From Rhynchobatus australiae (taxonomy: Eukaryota): 64,000 nucleotides of DNA. Positions 38,601 through 52,100 of the stretch are shown here, piece after piece; position 1 is the first letter of the stretch; each line of letters opens with the position of its first letter. Location: positions 20,867,029 to 20,931,028 of the forward strand of contig JAUZTB010000066.1 of assembly GCA_034780895.1 (NCBI GenBank). Reading direction: 5' to 3'. Below the pieces are notes generated by a model that did no database searches, was not told where the DNA came from, and saw only the letters and a list, made by a program, of their open reading frames with translations. Position numbers and translations under genes: made by a program.

Positions 38601-41600
38601 AAGTACCACATTATTCTGATCCATTTGGTGCAAAGGGGGAAAACTAATGAGATGTCACTAATGTCACCCTGCCTGAACAATGCAATATGATTAGATGTTC
38701 AGCACCAAACGTGTTTTAAATCCCACTTAAAAGTTTCACCAGTCTTTATTATTACTGATTTAAACCAAAGTAAAATTTCAATGGAGAATATTATTGTAGC
38801 AATGATTAACTAGAAAGATCATAGTTAATGATATGTTAAAAAAATTACAGTGAGACACTCAATTTTATTCCAACCAGAAGTCCTTGACAATAATGTACAG
38901 TGAACAATGTTATCAACTTCTAGTCTGGTTGCAGGTTTACTGCAATGTGTTTCATCCCCTCAAGATATAACTGAACCCTGACTATTAGCTTGCCCAGAAT
39001 TTATGATTTGATTTATTTTCCAGATGAATAACATAATTATACATTTTGTAAAACGTCATAATATTTGGTTCCCATGCTAATAACTTAGTTGTAGTGTGAC
39101 TGGTTTATAAATTAACTTATTGTACAAGAAGGTAGATTTTTTTTGACCTTCCTACTCATTATCATCAATCATTCAGTAAAACAGTGCTAACTTTACAAAG
39201 GTAGTAGGTTTGCTAAACAGAGGAGAATTCATGCAATATGGTATCTGTTCAACAATTAGGGCTACTATCATTAGTTTTTTTTACTGCAAGGGCAGTGTAG
39301 AAATAGTAGGAAATAAGCCACAGGAGTTAGAAAACCCACAAGATGAGTGAGGAACAGAAGTTTCCCATTTTCAAAGAAATGGATTTTTTCTGTTATGTAC
39401 GGAACAGATTACATAAAACGTATATGTGGAAAGCACCAATAACATTGCTGAATGTGACAAGACCTGAGGAATAGCATGCTGGAGATATATTATTAAAGCA
39501 TTGTTTTCTTTCAAAATTGATCAGTATTTTAGCAGCAGGTACATTCAACCAACCTGGCTTATTAGGCACAGCTTACACATGAAAAGGTTTGCTGCCTCTG
39601 AAACTGAAACAAACTTAGAGGATTTAAGAAGATTTAAAACAATGCCACTGGACTCAGCCTTCAGCATTTAATCAAGGTAATGTCCCAAACTACACTGGAC
39701 AAGAACTTGGTGTTAGATGATGATCAATCCATTCTGAGGTCACGAAACATATGGATACTTGACCAGTTAAATACCTGGGGCAATAATAGCACTTTGATCC
39801 TTCTTGTGAGAAACAAGTACCAATAAAAAATTGGTCTTCTACAAAAATATCAAAGCTATGCCAACCTTAGGATTATGGAAGGCAGCATGAACGTTTGAAG
39901 CACTAAATTCAAATCCTATGGAAGGATTAAAGGATTAACATTGTTTGATTCTCCAAGACTCTTTCACAGATCAATGGATGACTACAAATAATTCCTGGCA
40001 ACAGATGGATGAAAGGTAGACAAGTCTCTATACCTTGTGACTGAATTGGGTTTAAATCTGTTTTCTACACATTAACTTTTGATCAAGGTCTGCAGTCATA
40101 GATGACATTTTTCTCAAAAGAAATCCTAGTTTCCCCCACACCACAATCCCATGCTTTGCAGGTGGAAAGGCTGTTAAAGGCAAATAGCCTTTCCCTTCAT
40201 CTTTGATATTGGTCTGGAGCAGGTGAAAATTTTAATCAACTAATACAAACTAGGATTTAATTATGCCATTGGGAGCCAAATAACATTTTTACTGGGATCT
40301 GGGNNNNNNNNNNNNNNNNNNNNACTCTAAGGTGAAGCACCTCAGTAATGAAGAGACCCTAAGGTAAAAAAAACCCTTTGTTGAACCAGAAGAGCCTGAG
40401 TGCTTCTCAGAGTTCCACATGAAAAGTCACAAAATGTGCTGTCTTGGAATCCCCCCACCATTTACCTCTGTCCCTCAGCATCTCCCACGCCTTAAATGGA
40501 AGCAAGTGAGCAATCAAAGATTGTGCTCTCTTTCCTTGCCAGAAGCTTGACTGTTTGAGTCAAATGTCCCCATTATGTGAGCCCAGGAAATGTGCTACTG
40601 GCACATCCTTGTTTTTTCTACTGTCCTTCATTGGTAGTACAGCATTTTGAGAAGTTCCTCTGAGCAGACAGGAAAAGGGAAATACAAATGCCCCTTAACA
40701 GAGTCCAAAGCAACTCTGGAATTGGAATCAGGTCAGTGATATCGGAAGCTTTAAAGTGATCAATGTCTTCCCCACAGTGAAAGAGCTGACAATGAAATAG
40801 GCATTGTATATTGGGTAGTGTTACTGTGTGCCACAGCCAAATGGAGACTCCTAACATGAAGTGCTAAGAACCTTAGATGCAACTACCTGAGGACTCATTC
40901 CCAGCTATGCTTATACAACGGTGGGAAAGCAGGTTTGTAGGAATTAAAGGCTTCCTTAAATCAATGAAGGGTTTTTCAGTTCTGAGGTAGAATCAATTTT
41001 AGAATGACTCCCAACTGAAAAGCGGTTTATTTCAATTTGATACTCTATTTCTATCATATTTCTATGCTTCCCCAAATATGAGTTTATTAGAGGATGCTCA
41101 TCAGACTGTATGCAAATATTATAGCACTTGGCACTTTACAGGAAATATTGAGGAAAGTTAGACAAAGCAAGATGCTCAACGGGAAGGTACAGACAACTTA
41201 AATAACATTGCAATCTGAAGCCCAATAATATTGGAAGTAGAGGTGCAAGATGAACTGGGTCAAAAGACTTGCTACACTGAAAGAAGCAGTTGAATTTGGT
41301 AATAGCGAACTACTATAATTTGGAGTGGATTATCAACATTTAGAAATAACTATGTTAAAAGAATAAGCATTCGTGACTTTCTAACTGTGAACATAATAAA
41401 GGATGAAAATTATAGGTTGTGAGTGAGAACTGAACCAACCTTAAATAACGTTATTGAGATGTAATAAAAAAATGTGAACAATAGAACATAAGAAAATAGG
41501 AGCAGGAGTAGGCCACTCAACTCCTCAAGCCTGCCCCACCATTCAATCCAATCATGGCTGATCTGTGCCAGGCTTCAACCCCATCACAGAGAATGAAGAG

Positions 41601-42756
41601 TTAACCCTGGAGTGAGCATTACTTAACAAATAAAGTGCATTGGACAGTATTTCACATTGCGGCTCTCTTGCTTGGTTGAGAGTTATCTTTGAATCAGATC
41701 CTTGTTTATCTGGAGACAGATAAACAGCTCACTACAATAGAAAACCATATACAATTCCATAGCTTGACAGAACAGATTACAAGAGTGATAAAAATGGTGA
41801 AAGCAATGCTACCCACGGCTCAGCATGAGTCAACAATTGTTTATCACTTCTGGAGAAGGACACCACCTACAAAGTGTCAGGGCACGAGCAGAATACAGGC
41901 CCACACGCAGGGAAGTGTGTGATCCTCTGCAAAATGACGTAACTGTGTGAAGCATTTGAAATAAATACATACATTTTGTAAGGGGGGGCGTGATGAGATA
42001 ACAGGTGAGGTAAGAAAGGATGCTTTAGATCAAAAGGAGAGTTAGATCAAAAGGTAGGGCTGCAGTGTTGTTGCATGTACTGTCCAATAATTATGGAATG
42101 TGCCTTTCCCCACTGGACACTGCAGTTAGAAATATTGTTATATGGGAAAATTAAAACAACGAATGGGGAATCACAGTGAAATTGAAATTCTCATTTTGTA
42201 CCTTATCGCTCTTAAATGCCATTTTCTGGCATAATATTCACCATGTGTCCAATCATGCCGGCATCACTCCAGACCGAGATTCAAGTCAGTAAGATTGACT
42301 TGTTGCAATAAACACCTCCTACATAAACTGGGACAAGTGCTAAACCAGGACACCATTCTGGTACTGTCAAACTAACCCAGCAAAACCTCCTGCTAATCTT
42401 AGGAAGAGCAGATCAAAGCTGATTACAGTCTCACAGCAGTGCTGCAGTTACCTGCATAGATGATGTTCTCACACTGGTATCATTGACAGTGAGATAATAT
42501 GGGCTATTTCCTCTGTCCTCTGGAAAGGTTTTACAAAATCTGCTTTAGGTCTGACTGAATCTGTCATACATTGCACAGTGGACGTAGGAATAATAATGAG
42601 GTTGTTTGGGTTGTGGCAGGAAAGCTGCTGATATCACAGTGTTTGTAGTTGGGTTAATACATATTTAGAAAGCAACACACACGGAAGTTATGGAGCTGCA
42701 CTTGTTGAAATTATTTTTTGATAATGCTTTTCTCCTAATAACATGTTTTGAGCAAC

Positions 42757-43255
42757 ACAAGGATGTCATTAAACTGGAGAGGGTGCAAAAAGATTTACGA
42801 GGATATTACATAGACTGGATTACGAGAGGCTGCGTAGGCTAGGAATTTTTTCCCTGGAGCATAGGAGGCTGAGGTGTGACATTATAGAGCTTTATAAAAC
42901 CATGAGGAGCATAGATAAGGTGAATAGCCGAAGTTTATTTCCCCCAGGGTAGCGGAGTCCAAAACTAGAGGGCATAGGTGTAAAATGAAAGGGGAAAGGT
43001 TTGAAAGAGACCTGAGGGTCAACTTTTTCCACACACAGGGTGGTGAGGACATGGAACCAGCTGCCAGAGGAAGTGGTTGAGGCAGGTACAATTACAACAT
43101 TTAAAAGGCATTTGGACCATTACATGGATAAGAAAGATTTAACGGGATACGGGCCTAATATAGGCAAATGGGATTAGCTCAGTTAGGCAACTTGGTCAGC
43201 ACTGACGAGTTGGTCCGAAAGGCAATTTTCCGTGCTGTACAGCTCTATGACTAGA
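42757..43255 (+). mobile_element. 5'-truncated CR1 (HER1-like) LINE
   Basis: aaggatgtcattaaactggagagggtgcaaaaa..ttttccctggagcataggaggctgagg..aaaactagagggcatagg..ccgtgctgtacagctctatgact. Confidence 0.9.
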
Positions 43256-43362
43256 GTCTATAACACCTTCAACAAATTAGAGCAGCCTAAAACTGCAACC
43301 ATTTTTGTTGGTTTCATTCCACAGTACCAAAGGCTTGAATAATTCAGCTTTTACTAACAGCA

Positions 43363-44571
43363 AATCAAAGAACTGCAGATGCTGGAAATCTGAAATAAAA
43401 CTGTTAAGTGATGGAAACACTCTATGGGTCAGGCAGCATCTGAAAAAGGAAACAGTGTTAATGCTTCATGTTGAAGACCCTTCCTCAGATCTGGGGAAGA
43501 GAGAAAACATATTGCTTTAAGTTACAGAGAGCGTGGTGGAGGGATAGATAATTCACAGGCAGTATCTCTGATAAGGTGATGCTGAAGTTGCCATGGGGAT
43601 AAGCTGTAAATGTGGTTGATGGGGGCAGTTAGAGAGAAAGAACATGGACAAAGGAACATAACATTTATGAAGTGCAGTTCTGTGGGGCACGTGCAGCAGG
43701 TCACATCATGAGAGAACAACAGGCTTTGTCGGCAATGGACCAGCCAGTTTTGATACAGACAGAGAAAGCAAGTTACCTGATGTTGTGGAATTCCTTATTG
43801 AATCTGAAAGGCTGCAACAAGCACACACTAAAGACAAAGCCCAGTTGCTCGAGTTTACATTGGCCTTTGTTATAACAGTACAGAAAACTGAAGGCAGATA
43901 GGTCAGAGTAGGAGTGGGATGGTGAATTAATGTAGCAAGCAACAGGAAACTCAGGGTCATCCTGCTGACTGAACACAGGTGCTCCACAAAGGAATCACCC
44001 AATCTACATTTGGTTTCCCCAATGTAGAGGTTCCACATGGTGAACTCCGAATGCAGTTCACTAGATTGGAAGAAGTACAAGTGAATCACTGCTTCACCTA
44101 GTCTTTCTGGGTGGTAGGATGGTGGGAGGGGAAGAGATAAAAGAACAGATGTTGCACCTCCTCTGCGGTTACACGCTCGTGGGAAGGGGAGTGGGTGGTG
44201 GTGAATGGAAGAGCAGACCAGGGAGTCGTGGCAGGAACACTTCCTTCAAAACGCTGAAAGGGAAGGTGAATCCCACCCATAGCTCTTCTGTTCCTTTGTT
44301 CATGTTCTTCCCCTCTAACTGCTCCCATTCACTCAGTAACCAGATGACCTAGTTTATAGCACATCCCCATGGCAATGCTGGCCTCAGCGTTATCAAAGAT
44401 ATTTTCTATCTTATCCGTCCCTCCCTCACCCAATCTTTAACTTAAAACCAACTTGTTTTCTCTCTTTCCCAGTTCTGATAAAGAGTATTCAAACTGAAAC
44501 ATTAACTCTTTCTCTTTCCACAGATGCTGCCTGACCTACTGAGCATTGGCAGCATTTTCTATTTTTATATC
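43363..44571 (-). mobile_element. 5'-truncated Penelope-like retroelement with inverted pseudo-LTRs and a 10-bp TSD
   Basis: GIY-YIG peptides LYIGETKCRLGDSFVEHLCSV and DDPEFPVACYINSPSHSYSDL..KLEQ; ~43390-43660 is the reverse complement of ~44285-44571; ACTAACAGCA occurs at both 43353-43362 and 44572-44581. Confidence 0.9.
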
Positions 44572-45460
44572 ACTAACAGCATATTGCTGACTTCTTTTTC
44601 TCCTGAATGACATAGTTTTAAGACTAGTTAAAATGTTCAAACCTTTCTGCTATGATGATATTACTTTCCTGAACAATGCAGACTCTGATTTGCATTCCGA
44701 ATTCCTACACATTTAAGCTGCAGGAAACATGCAATGAGACCTGGCACCTGCTGTAGAATTGAAAACTATATTGCTTTGTCTCGTGGACCAATAAGAGATT
44801 GACAGAACTGTTGAGAACTTGATTCCAGTTAAGAGTATCGCAGTTTCCCTTGCCTGCTTTAAGTTTGCTTAAGTTTGCCCTGCTTCAGCTAGATGAGTTC
44901 TATCAGTCTCTTGCTGGTCCAAGAGACAGAGCACCACCATCTTCAATTCTGCAGGAAGCCACTGAGAATATATTTCCCATTAGGAATACAGATAAATCAC
45001 CACCATCTGTCTCATTTGATAGAGTATCCCTTGAGTTAATAGAAATTGGTGACTGATGGAAGTCCCAAAGAGCGACTAATTTTACGGGAATGAACGCAAT
45101 AACAGAAATGAAAACAAAAATGAAGTAATTTTGATGAATTATGCAAGACACTGTCAGTCAGAGTTCTGGAAGACAGACAGACTACAGAAAAAACCAAAGA
45201 AGTGGGTTTATTTGAAGAGCAAACTGGGGAGTCGCAGTCCTACAGAGATCTGTTGTTTCTTGCTTTCTAATTGTTCAGGCTGTGGCAAGATTCACGCTGT
45301 CAAGCCTGTGGCTGGGAAACAAGGCTGACAAAATAAGTTATTTGGAAATTTGACATGGACGTTGTAAATTGTTAGATCAGCCGTGACTTCAACCAGCCAG
45401 GTTCACGTAAAAGCACCATTAGATTGGTGGTCATTTTAAACTGCCAGTGGGCACATTAAA

Positions 45461-45716
45461 TTTTTTTAAAATTTTATTTACAGCGTGGTAACAGGCCATT
45501 CTGGCCCAACGAGCCCGCACAGCCCATTTTCAAACCCCAAATTAACCTACCCATATGTCTTTGGAATGTGGGAGGAAACCAGAGCATCCGGAGGAAACCC
45601 ACACAGACACAGGAGAATATACCAACTCTTTACAGGCAGCGGCGGGAATCGAACCTGGGTCGCTGGCGCTGTAACAGCATCGTGCTAACTAACCACTACG
45701 CTACCATACCGCCCCC
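45461..45716 (-). mobile_element. Full-length tRNA-V-SINE with CR1-like tail (HE1-like)
   Basis: Minus strand: A box TAGCGTAGTGG, B box GGTTCGATTCC, V-domain, then gggccagaatggcctgttaccacgctgtaaataaaa. Confidence 0.88.
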
Positions 45717-47582
45717 AAAAACACAAACATTAAAAGCACAATGGGGTAATTTTGACAGTAATAAATTATTATGCAATTACTTGTGATAGAGCACTTTCAA
45801 AGTTAAAGAAACAGAAGCTGATGGAAAATATTATGCTGCACTTCACATCAGGAGAATGGACAGTTTTTGCTGAAGCTTGGTACTGGACACAGTAAAGTTG
45901 TCACTAATGTGGATTGCAATGGGGAGTTTTTTTATATTGTCTTGGGCACAGAAATCAGCGAGGCATCATTGGGATCAATAAACTCTGCTTTTCATGGCCA
46001 TGCAGTATCAATAATGTTCACATTGATCTTTTTGCCCATCTACTCTCATCCCAGTTGGCCACGGTAGGACTGTATCCTTTCATGCCTTGCCTATTTAAAT
46101 GTCCGGCTAAATGCCAAGAGAGAGGTTACACCATCTGTAGAGAGTTCATCGGAGTGAGCAAGGGTAGGGTTACATGGGGTTAATCTCAGATCTCAACCCA
46201 AAGCATGAGGAAGCCAGGGTCCATTTCAAGGGGCTAAGACGAGACTGCTTAAAAATATAGATGAGGGTTAGGTGTCAGATGAGTAACATGTTTTGGAATA
46301 AATTTAGGAATTGATACCAATGAAGTGAGGTTGATAAGAACAAAGTGATTCTTAGACTCATTTAGATTTCGTTGGCAACTTACACATTTCCAAATAAACA
46401 CCTTCCCCCTCACCACATACTATGCAATGTTTCACCACCAACAGGTACAACAACCACCAGACAAACCAAAAAAAAGGAACTAAATATCTGATTGCAAAAT
46501 TGAATACACAAGAGGTTCATCAATGTGGCACAGCAAATACAGATAAGTTAATGACAAGGAAGAAATTACAGTTCAAAAGTCACTAGCTTGTAAACTTTGT
46601 TGCTACCACTGATTCAACAAGCAGCTGGAGTTAAAAACACCTTCAAAAGTTTTTGTTTGTGTTTCAGTACATTTCTTCAATAGTAAAATACAGCATCTAT
46701 GGATAAAACATCACATCTGTAAACCAGGGTTGAAATTAATTAAAAATGTAGTTTAACAAAATAAAATCAACTGAAAACAGACTAGGTCTGATGATTTCCT
46801 AGATTCATAACATAACTTGGAATTTATCTATTACAACAATCTTAGCTTTGATAATATTCCCCAATAAAACTGATAGATCATTAAGCAGGCACTTCAGCAC
46901 TCTGAGAGGCAGCTTTGTGACTTGCCTTTGCCTCTCATGGCTGTATAATCCACCAGGTAATACTGTGGAGTCGACAACAGCAAAATCCTTCCTCTACTTA
47001 CCATTAGAAATAAAGGAGTGGATATTCCAGTGAATGAAGGAGTACAAAATAGTTAAGTCCTATTTACTTCACAAAGTATGTATAAATTACATAGAAGATA
47101 AGGAAATGATAGATGAAGGGGGTCACCTGTACCAGGTAAAAGGATGATCAAGTTATCATTCAAGGGCATTCAGGCAACTGTGTGCAAATTAGTATACAAA
47201 ATATAAATAGCACTACATTCTCTCTGCTCCTTACGGGCAGGTGGCACCTATTAAAGTATCAGAAAATGTAACTATTGTCATGGAGATAGAAGTGCCAGAT
47301 TTGGTGCTACCTATTAAAAGAGAAATCAATAAAATATACCACCAATTGCAGAATAAAAAAGGCAAATAGAACAATAAAAATGTTCACTGTTCTTAACATC
47401 TTTATATATGGTAAAAGAAAATTGAGGTCAGCCTTGAAGAGATAAATGAAGGGCTGAGATATTAAAACAGCAGGTACAATGAATTGTAAGTTAATAAAAG
47501 CCCCAAGCCACTGTGACTTCAATCATAATGTTATTTCTTGCCATTTCTTAAAGATGTGATCTGCAATAATATTGGAATGCTG

Positions 47583-47596
47583 TTTATTCTTTTATT
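47583..47596 (-). terminator. Candidate proximal poly(A) signals for CASTOR2 (two AATAAA)
   Basis: tttatt on + at 47583-47588 and 47591-47596, ~1.45 kb after the stop codon; the downstream GU-rich element is weak. Confidence 0.3.
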
Positions 47597-49041
47597 TTTC
47601 CTTCAAAGAGGTTTGCCTTTTCCCCTTTTTCAGAACTCTGCAATGGATGATGCATAATTCATTCTGATGCCTCTCTTGAATCATAACTCCAGACAAGAAA
47701 TATTAAAGATTTATCTTAATGCTACATTACTATTGGCTTGAAATATGTTAATCCAGAGATGGGGCAATCCTAATGGAGCGCAGTTCTATTTAAAATGGCA
47801 AGTTAGACTGACAGTTGGAATTCTTATTTGGAAACCTAAATGACTGTGTTGGAATCTTTCTCCCTGCACTTTAAAAACAAGGATATGATCCTTTCCTTAG
47901 AGCCCAGCAGTTCTATCTCCAAATTTAGGGGCGTCAGGCCAAAATTTGATCATCTGTGTCACTGAAAGACAGAAGAATTCTGTAAATGACATAACTTGTC
48001 CAGGTACATGTATAAAGTAGTGGATATTATTTGAAAGGGAATTGACCAACCTTTGGAGGAATTTGCCATTCATCAGTATGTCTGTAGAAAGCCAGCCCTC
48101 TTCCAGGGGCAAAGCATGCTGCTCGGATATTTGCCTCAATTATACTGATGTCAATCCTTTATAATGAGCATTTTCAGTGGTTACCATGACACTGGGAGAA
48201 CAAAGGACCAAAACACAGGTGTGATACACAGTTAATGCTTCTGTGATGTTTGGCTAGGACCTTCCCAGCCAGATTGGTACTTGAGGAATCAGTAATAATG
48301 GGGCACAACAGCATGTGTGGCATTGCCCATTGACCTGTGTTGCAGGGGATCATATGGAGGGTGGTGAGAGCAGACAGACAGACCACTGAATGAAATTTCC
48401 AGATGAAATGAAGAAAACATACTTCCAAACAAGTAACAGCTGTCAGATAGTGACCTGAGATCTGAAAAGGATTCCAATGTTACCCTTGCAGTTAATGACA
48501 CCATGTGAACTTGCTCCAGGACTGGATTACTGCCCTGTAACCATATCCAATATCCTACAAATCAGAACACTCCTAGACTTAATTAGCCACCTTACAGCCC
48601 CCAGAAATCAACTTTACTACATGATGTATCTTAGACCTAACCCAACCAAATCACAAAACAACAGTCAATCACCACAGCTCTTTTACGTGGTGCTGAGATG
48701 GCATTGGGGCAGGTGATAAATATCAGTAGAAAGTGGTTTGACTTTACCAGTACAATGTGACACGGTTCACACAAGGAACACAATGGTAACATTCACTTTG
48801 GGAACGACTTCAGTAAGCCAACAGCTCGCCAAGAAAACAAGCTCTNNNNNNNNNNNNNNNNNNNNNNNNNNNNNNNNNNNNNNNNNNNNNNNNNNNNNNN
48901 NNNNNNNNNNNNNNNNNNNNNNNNNNNNNNNNNNNNNNNNNNNNNCTGCTAGTTAACAAACACCCGAAGGATTCTTCTTCAAATCTAGGCTCAGCTTCAA
49001 ATACTGTGCGAGGAAGAAATGGCAGAATCTTGGTTTCCCAT

Positions 49042-49107
49042 CTAATGCTTCTTGTTCTGGCTTACTTGAAGAGCATTAATCACACTGTTGATATTTTCCT
49101 CAGGTAC
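49042..49107 (-). CDS. CASTOR2: CASTOR2 last coding exon (exon 9 equivalent), coding part
   Basis: tttccag|GTA acceptor; encodes VPEENINSVINALQVSQNKKH followed by TAG (49044-49042). Confidence 0.95.
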   Translation of the reverse strand, partial: VPEENINSVINALQVSQNKKH

Positions 49108-52100
49108 CTGGAAACAAACAGATGATATGATGAGAAAAAGCATACAATGGAATGAAACCTTATCTAATCAATTAAGTGTTTGTTTGAAATTCAACATATA
49201 GCACTAGATTAATTTATAAGAGCCACCTTGTTAACTCAGATCCAATCAGATCAGGAAGGCACTAAGTTTCTGAAATGGCACCCAAGTTATTTGAAGTGCA
49301 ACGGTAATATTGGGCTACAGAGAGCAAAAAAATAGCCAGACTTCCTAGCACAATGTAGGGTTATGTTCCCTGGAATTTAGTAGGTTCAGGGACAATTTGA
49401 TTAAAATTTTCAACATATTAAAGAGAACATGAAAGGTGAATAGAGGAGGATTATTCTTGATTGGTTGGGGGGAGGGGTATATACCTAGGGCATAATCTAA
49501 CATGTAGAGCTGGGCATTTCATGAATACTGTTCAGAAATACCCTTACATCCAGAATTTTGCAATTCTTTGCTGAGAAAGGCGATTGATATAAAGTCAACT
49601 GCTAATTTACAATCAGCCAGTTACTAAAGAGAGGAGCAGATTTGTCAGGCTGAATAGCTGGCTCCTGTTTTTTTTATTCCTATCTGCAGATATTGTATGG
49701 AGATTAGCATTTTGTTCAAGACTGAATGGGTCTCCTGCACATGGAGTCTGGCCGGTTGAACTGATGCATTAATGTTGAGCAGGTTGAAGTGGGAGAGGCT
49801 TCCATGCTACTTTCACACATCACCTGAATGCCAAGGAATCTGTTTACTCTCGCCAGGAATCCATTCCGAGGCTATGGTCAAGCAACCATCAGCTTGAGCA
49901 AGCACCTATTCTTCGTAAAGTCACACAGCTGTCAGTGGGAAGCCACCTGTCCTTTGGAGGTGAGCAAGAGGAGCGCAATCCCAACTCCACTTGGTTCTCC
50001 ACTCTGGCCCAATGAGCTGCACAAATCCTGCTCAACCGTCCTTCTTTCTGACTGTGCCGCTATGCAGCCAATTAATTGTTGCACCAACTGTTGCCCTGGT
50101 TGAGTGAATTTACCATTACCAAACATTTCTGTATAGTTAGACCTTAGCTTTACATTAAGAGTGCATTTAGCACCAAGCCAATAGGGAAGGCTGTTTTACC
50201 CTGATGCAAATACCTTCATGAGGGCATCAGTCACCAGCCAAATTTGATCTGAAAGCAGTCCAGTCTGATATCAAATGCCTTTTAGTTTATTTACGCCCCA
50301 AACTAAGCAGAAATTCACCATCAGTAATTTANNNNNNNNNNNNNNNNNNNNNNNNNNNNNNNNNNNNNNNNNNNNNNNNNNNNNNNNNNNNNNNNNNNNN
50401 NNNNNNNNNNNNNNNNNNNNNNNNNNNNNNNAGAGATTTAAGGAGGAAAATTCAGAATTTAGGACATGGATAGTTGAAGTCATGAGAACCAAGGATTCTG
50501 AGATGGGCTTAGAAGACGGTCACCAGCCATTGTTTCCACCATCAGCTTGCTGCTGAAAACTTCAACCATACCAGAGCCCCAAGGTTTCAGGCAAGAGTGA
50601 GTGGACTTTGCACATTTTCAGCATCAGAAACCCTGGTGCTCATTTTAGAGGCTGGATTCAGGGCTGGGCCTGTGTGTGTCATTTGGGCCAGTTAGAATTA
50701 TCCACGCCCTCCTACAATGCTCCAAAAGGGGGGTGTTACACAGGGAATGAAATCATCCTGTGCTTCCCGATCCAGAAAGTAGATCAGGCTCATAAGCACG
50801 TTCACTTAGGAATTACCCAGTTGAACTTTCAGAGTTACATTGTACTGTACTTCACTCCACAACAAAAGAAATATTCTCAGTTGTGCAATTCAGAAAGAAA
50901 CAGCTCTGTGCAATTAAAATTTCAAGGCAACAGTCTTTATTTTATGAGGTGCAGCGATTAGTGAGACTGTTCACTTGAGACACTGCTTCCAGCCAGGGTT
51001 GTGACAGGATGGTCTACATTTGACCTCACTGCCTCTGGGTTAAAGAGGGAACATCTACACAATTATTCCGTAACTGCTGCCAGCAGCTAGGGGTGTTGAG
51101 TGTGACCTGCCTGCGGTGCTCACACTTGTCTAAATGCCCTCTTGAGGCAGTGGTGCTTGGTGGGGTGTCGAATGTCAGCCAGCTCCATGAGATTGGTCTC
51201 TATGTGACTCAGTGCCTTCAGAAGGAGAAAACATGACAGAGAAAAAAATATACAGATGTCATGGTTACACAGAAATCACCATCAATTCTTCCTTGTGGGG
51301 ATGATGCATTAGGTTATTTACACATTCCACTTAAACATAAAGCCTGTTAGACTGATGGTACTGAATCTTTATTAAGGGCTTTTTTTTCTATATTTAATTA
51401 TTCAGTTTTTTTTTAAAACACTGGTTACTTAGAGTAGGAGAAGGNNNNNNNNNNNNNNNNNNNNNNNNNNNNNNNNNNNNNNNNNNNNNNNNNNNNNNNN
51501 NNNNNNNNNNNNNNNNNGAATTGAGCTTACACAACTGGAAAACTTCGGTAACTAGAGTCAGCAGAGCAAACAAGCTTTTAATGGGGAAACTCTACAGGGA
51601 CACCATGCGCAGAGCTGTAGCGTGGAACACAGCAGGATGTGGACAGGGGGAAGATTTCTTGCGCTGTCTGCAGGGGTTACAGTTCAACAGGTTTGCACTC
51701 AAAAAGGGGAAGGAAAAACAGCAAACACAGCAAGAAAGATAAAAAAAAATGTGCAAGGTCGGTTCCTTCAGCTTTACACTTTATCAGGCTAAAACAATTA
51801 GAAATAATCAATCTGCTGATAAATCACTCTCGGTACCAAGGGGCAGTGAAGCAGACAGTGTGCATGCAAACAGAAAGAAAAACAACATTTTACACTAATG
51901 AACTGGCCATGGTTTAGTAGCTTAACCTTGTTCGGAAACACCAGCTTCACACAGTTCACATTCAGCAAGCAAGTTCTCGAGAGTCTCACTGAACCCATGC
52001 TGTGATACGGAAGAATAAATAGTTTTAATAAGCAGCACTAATGCAAAGCTACTGGCTTATTTCTCTTGCAGAAAATAACACTCCAGTCTGTGCTTTTGTA

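Noticed and set aside
45640-45716. tRNA-like sequence with A and B boxes (also 15706-15780)
   Set aside because: These are SINE heads continuing into V or Deu domains, with no complete cloverleaf.
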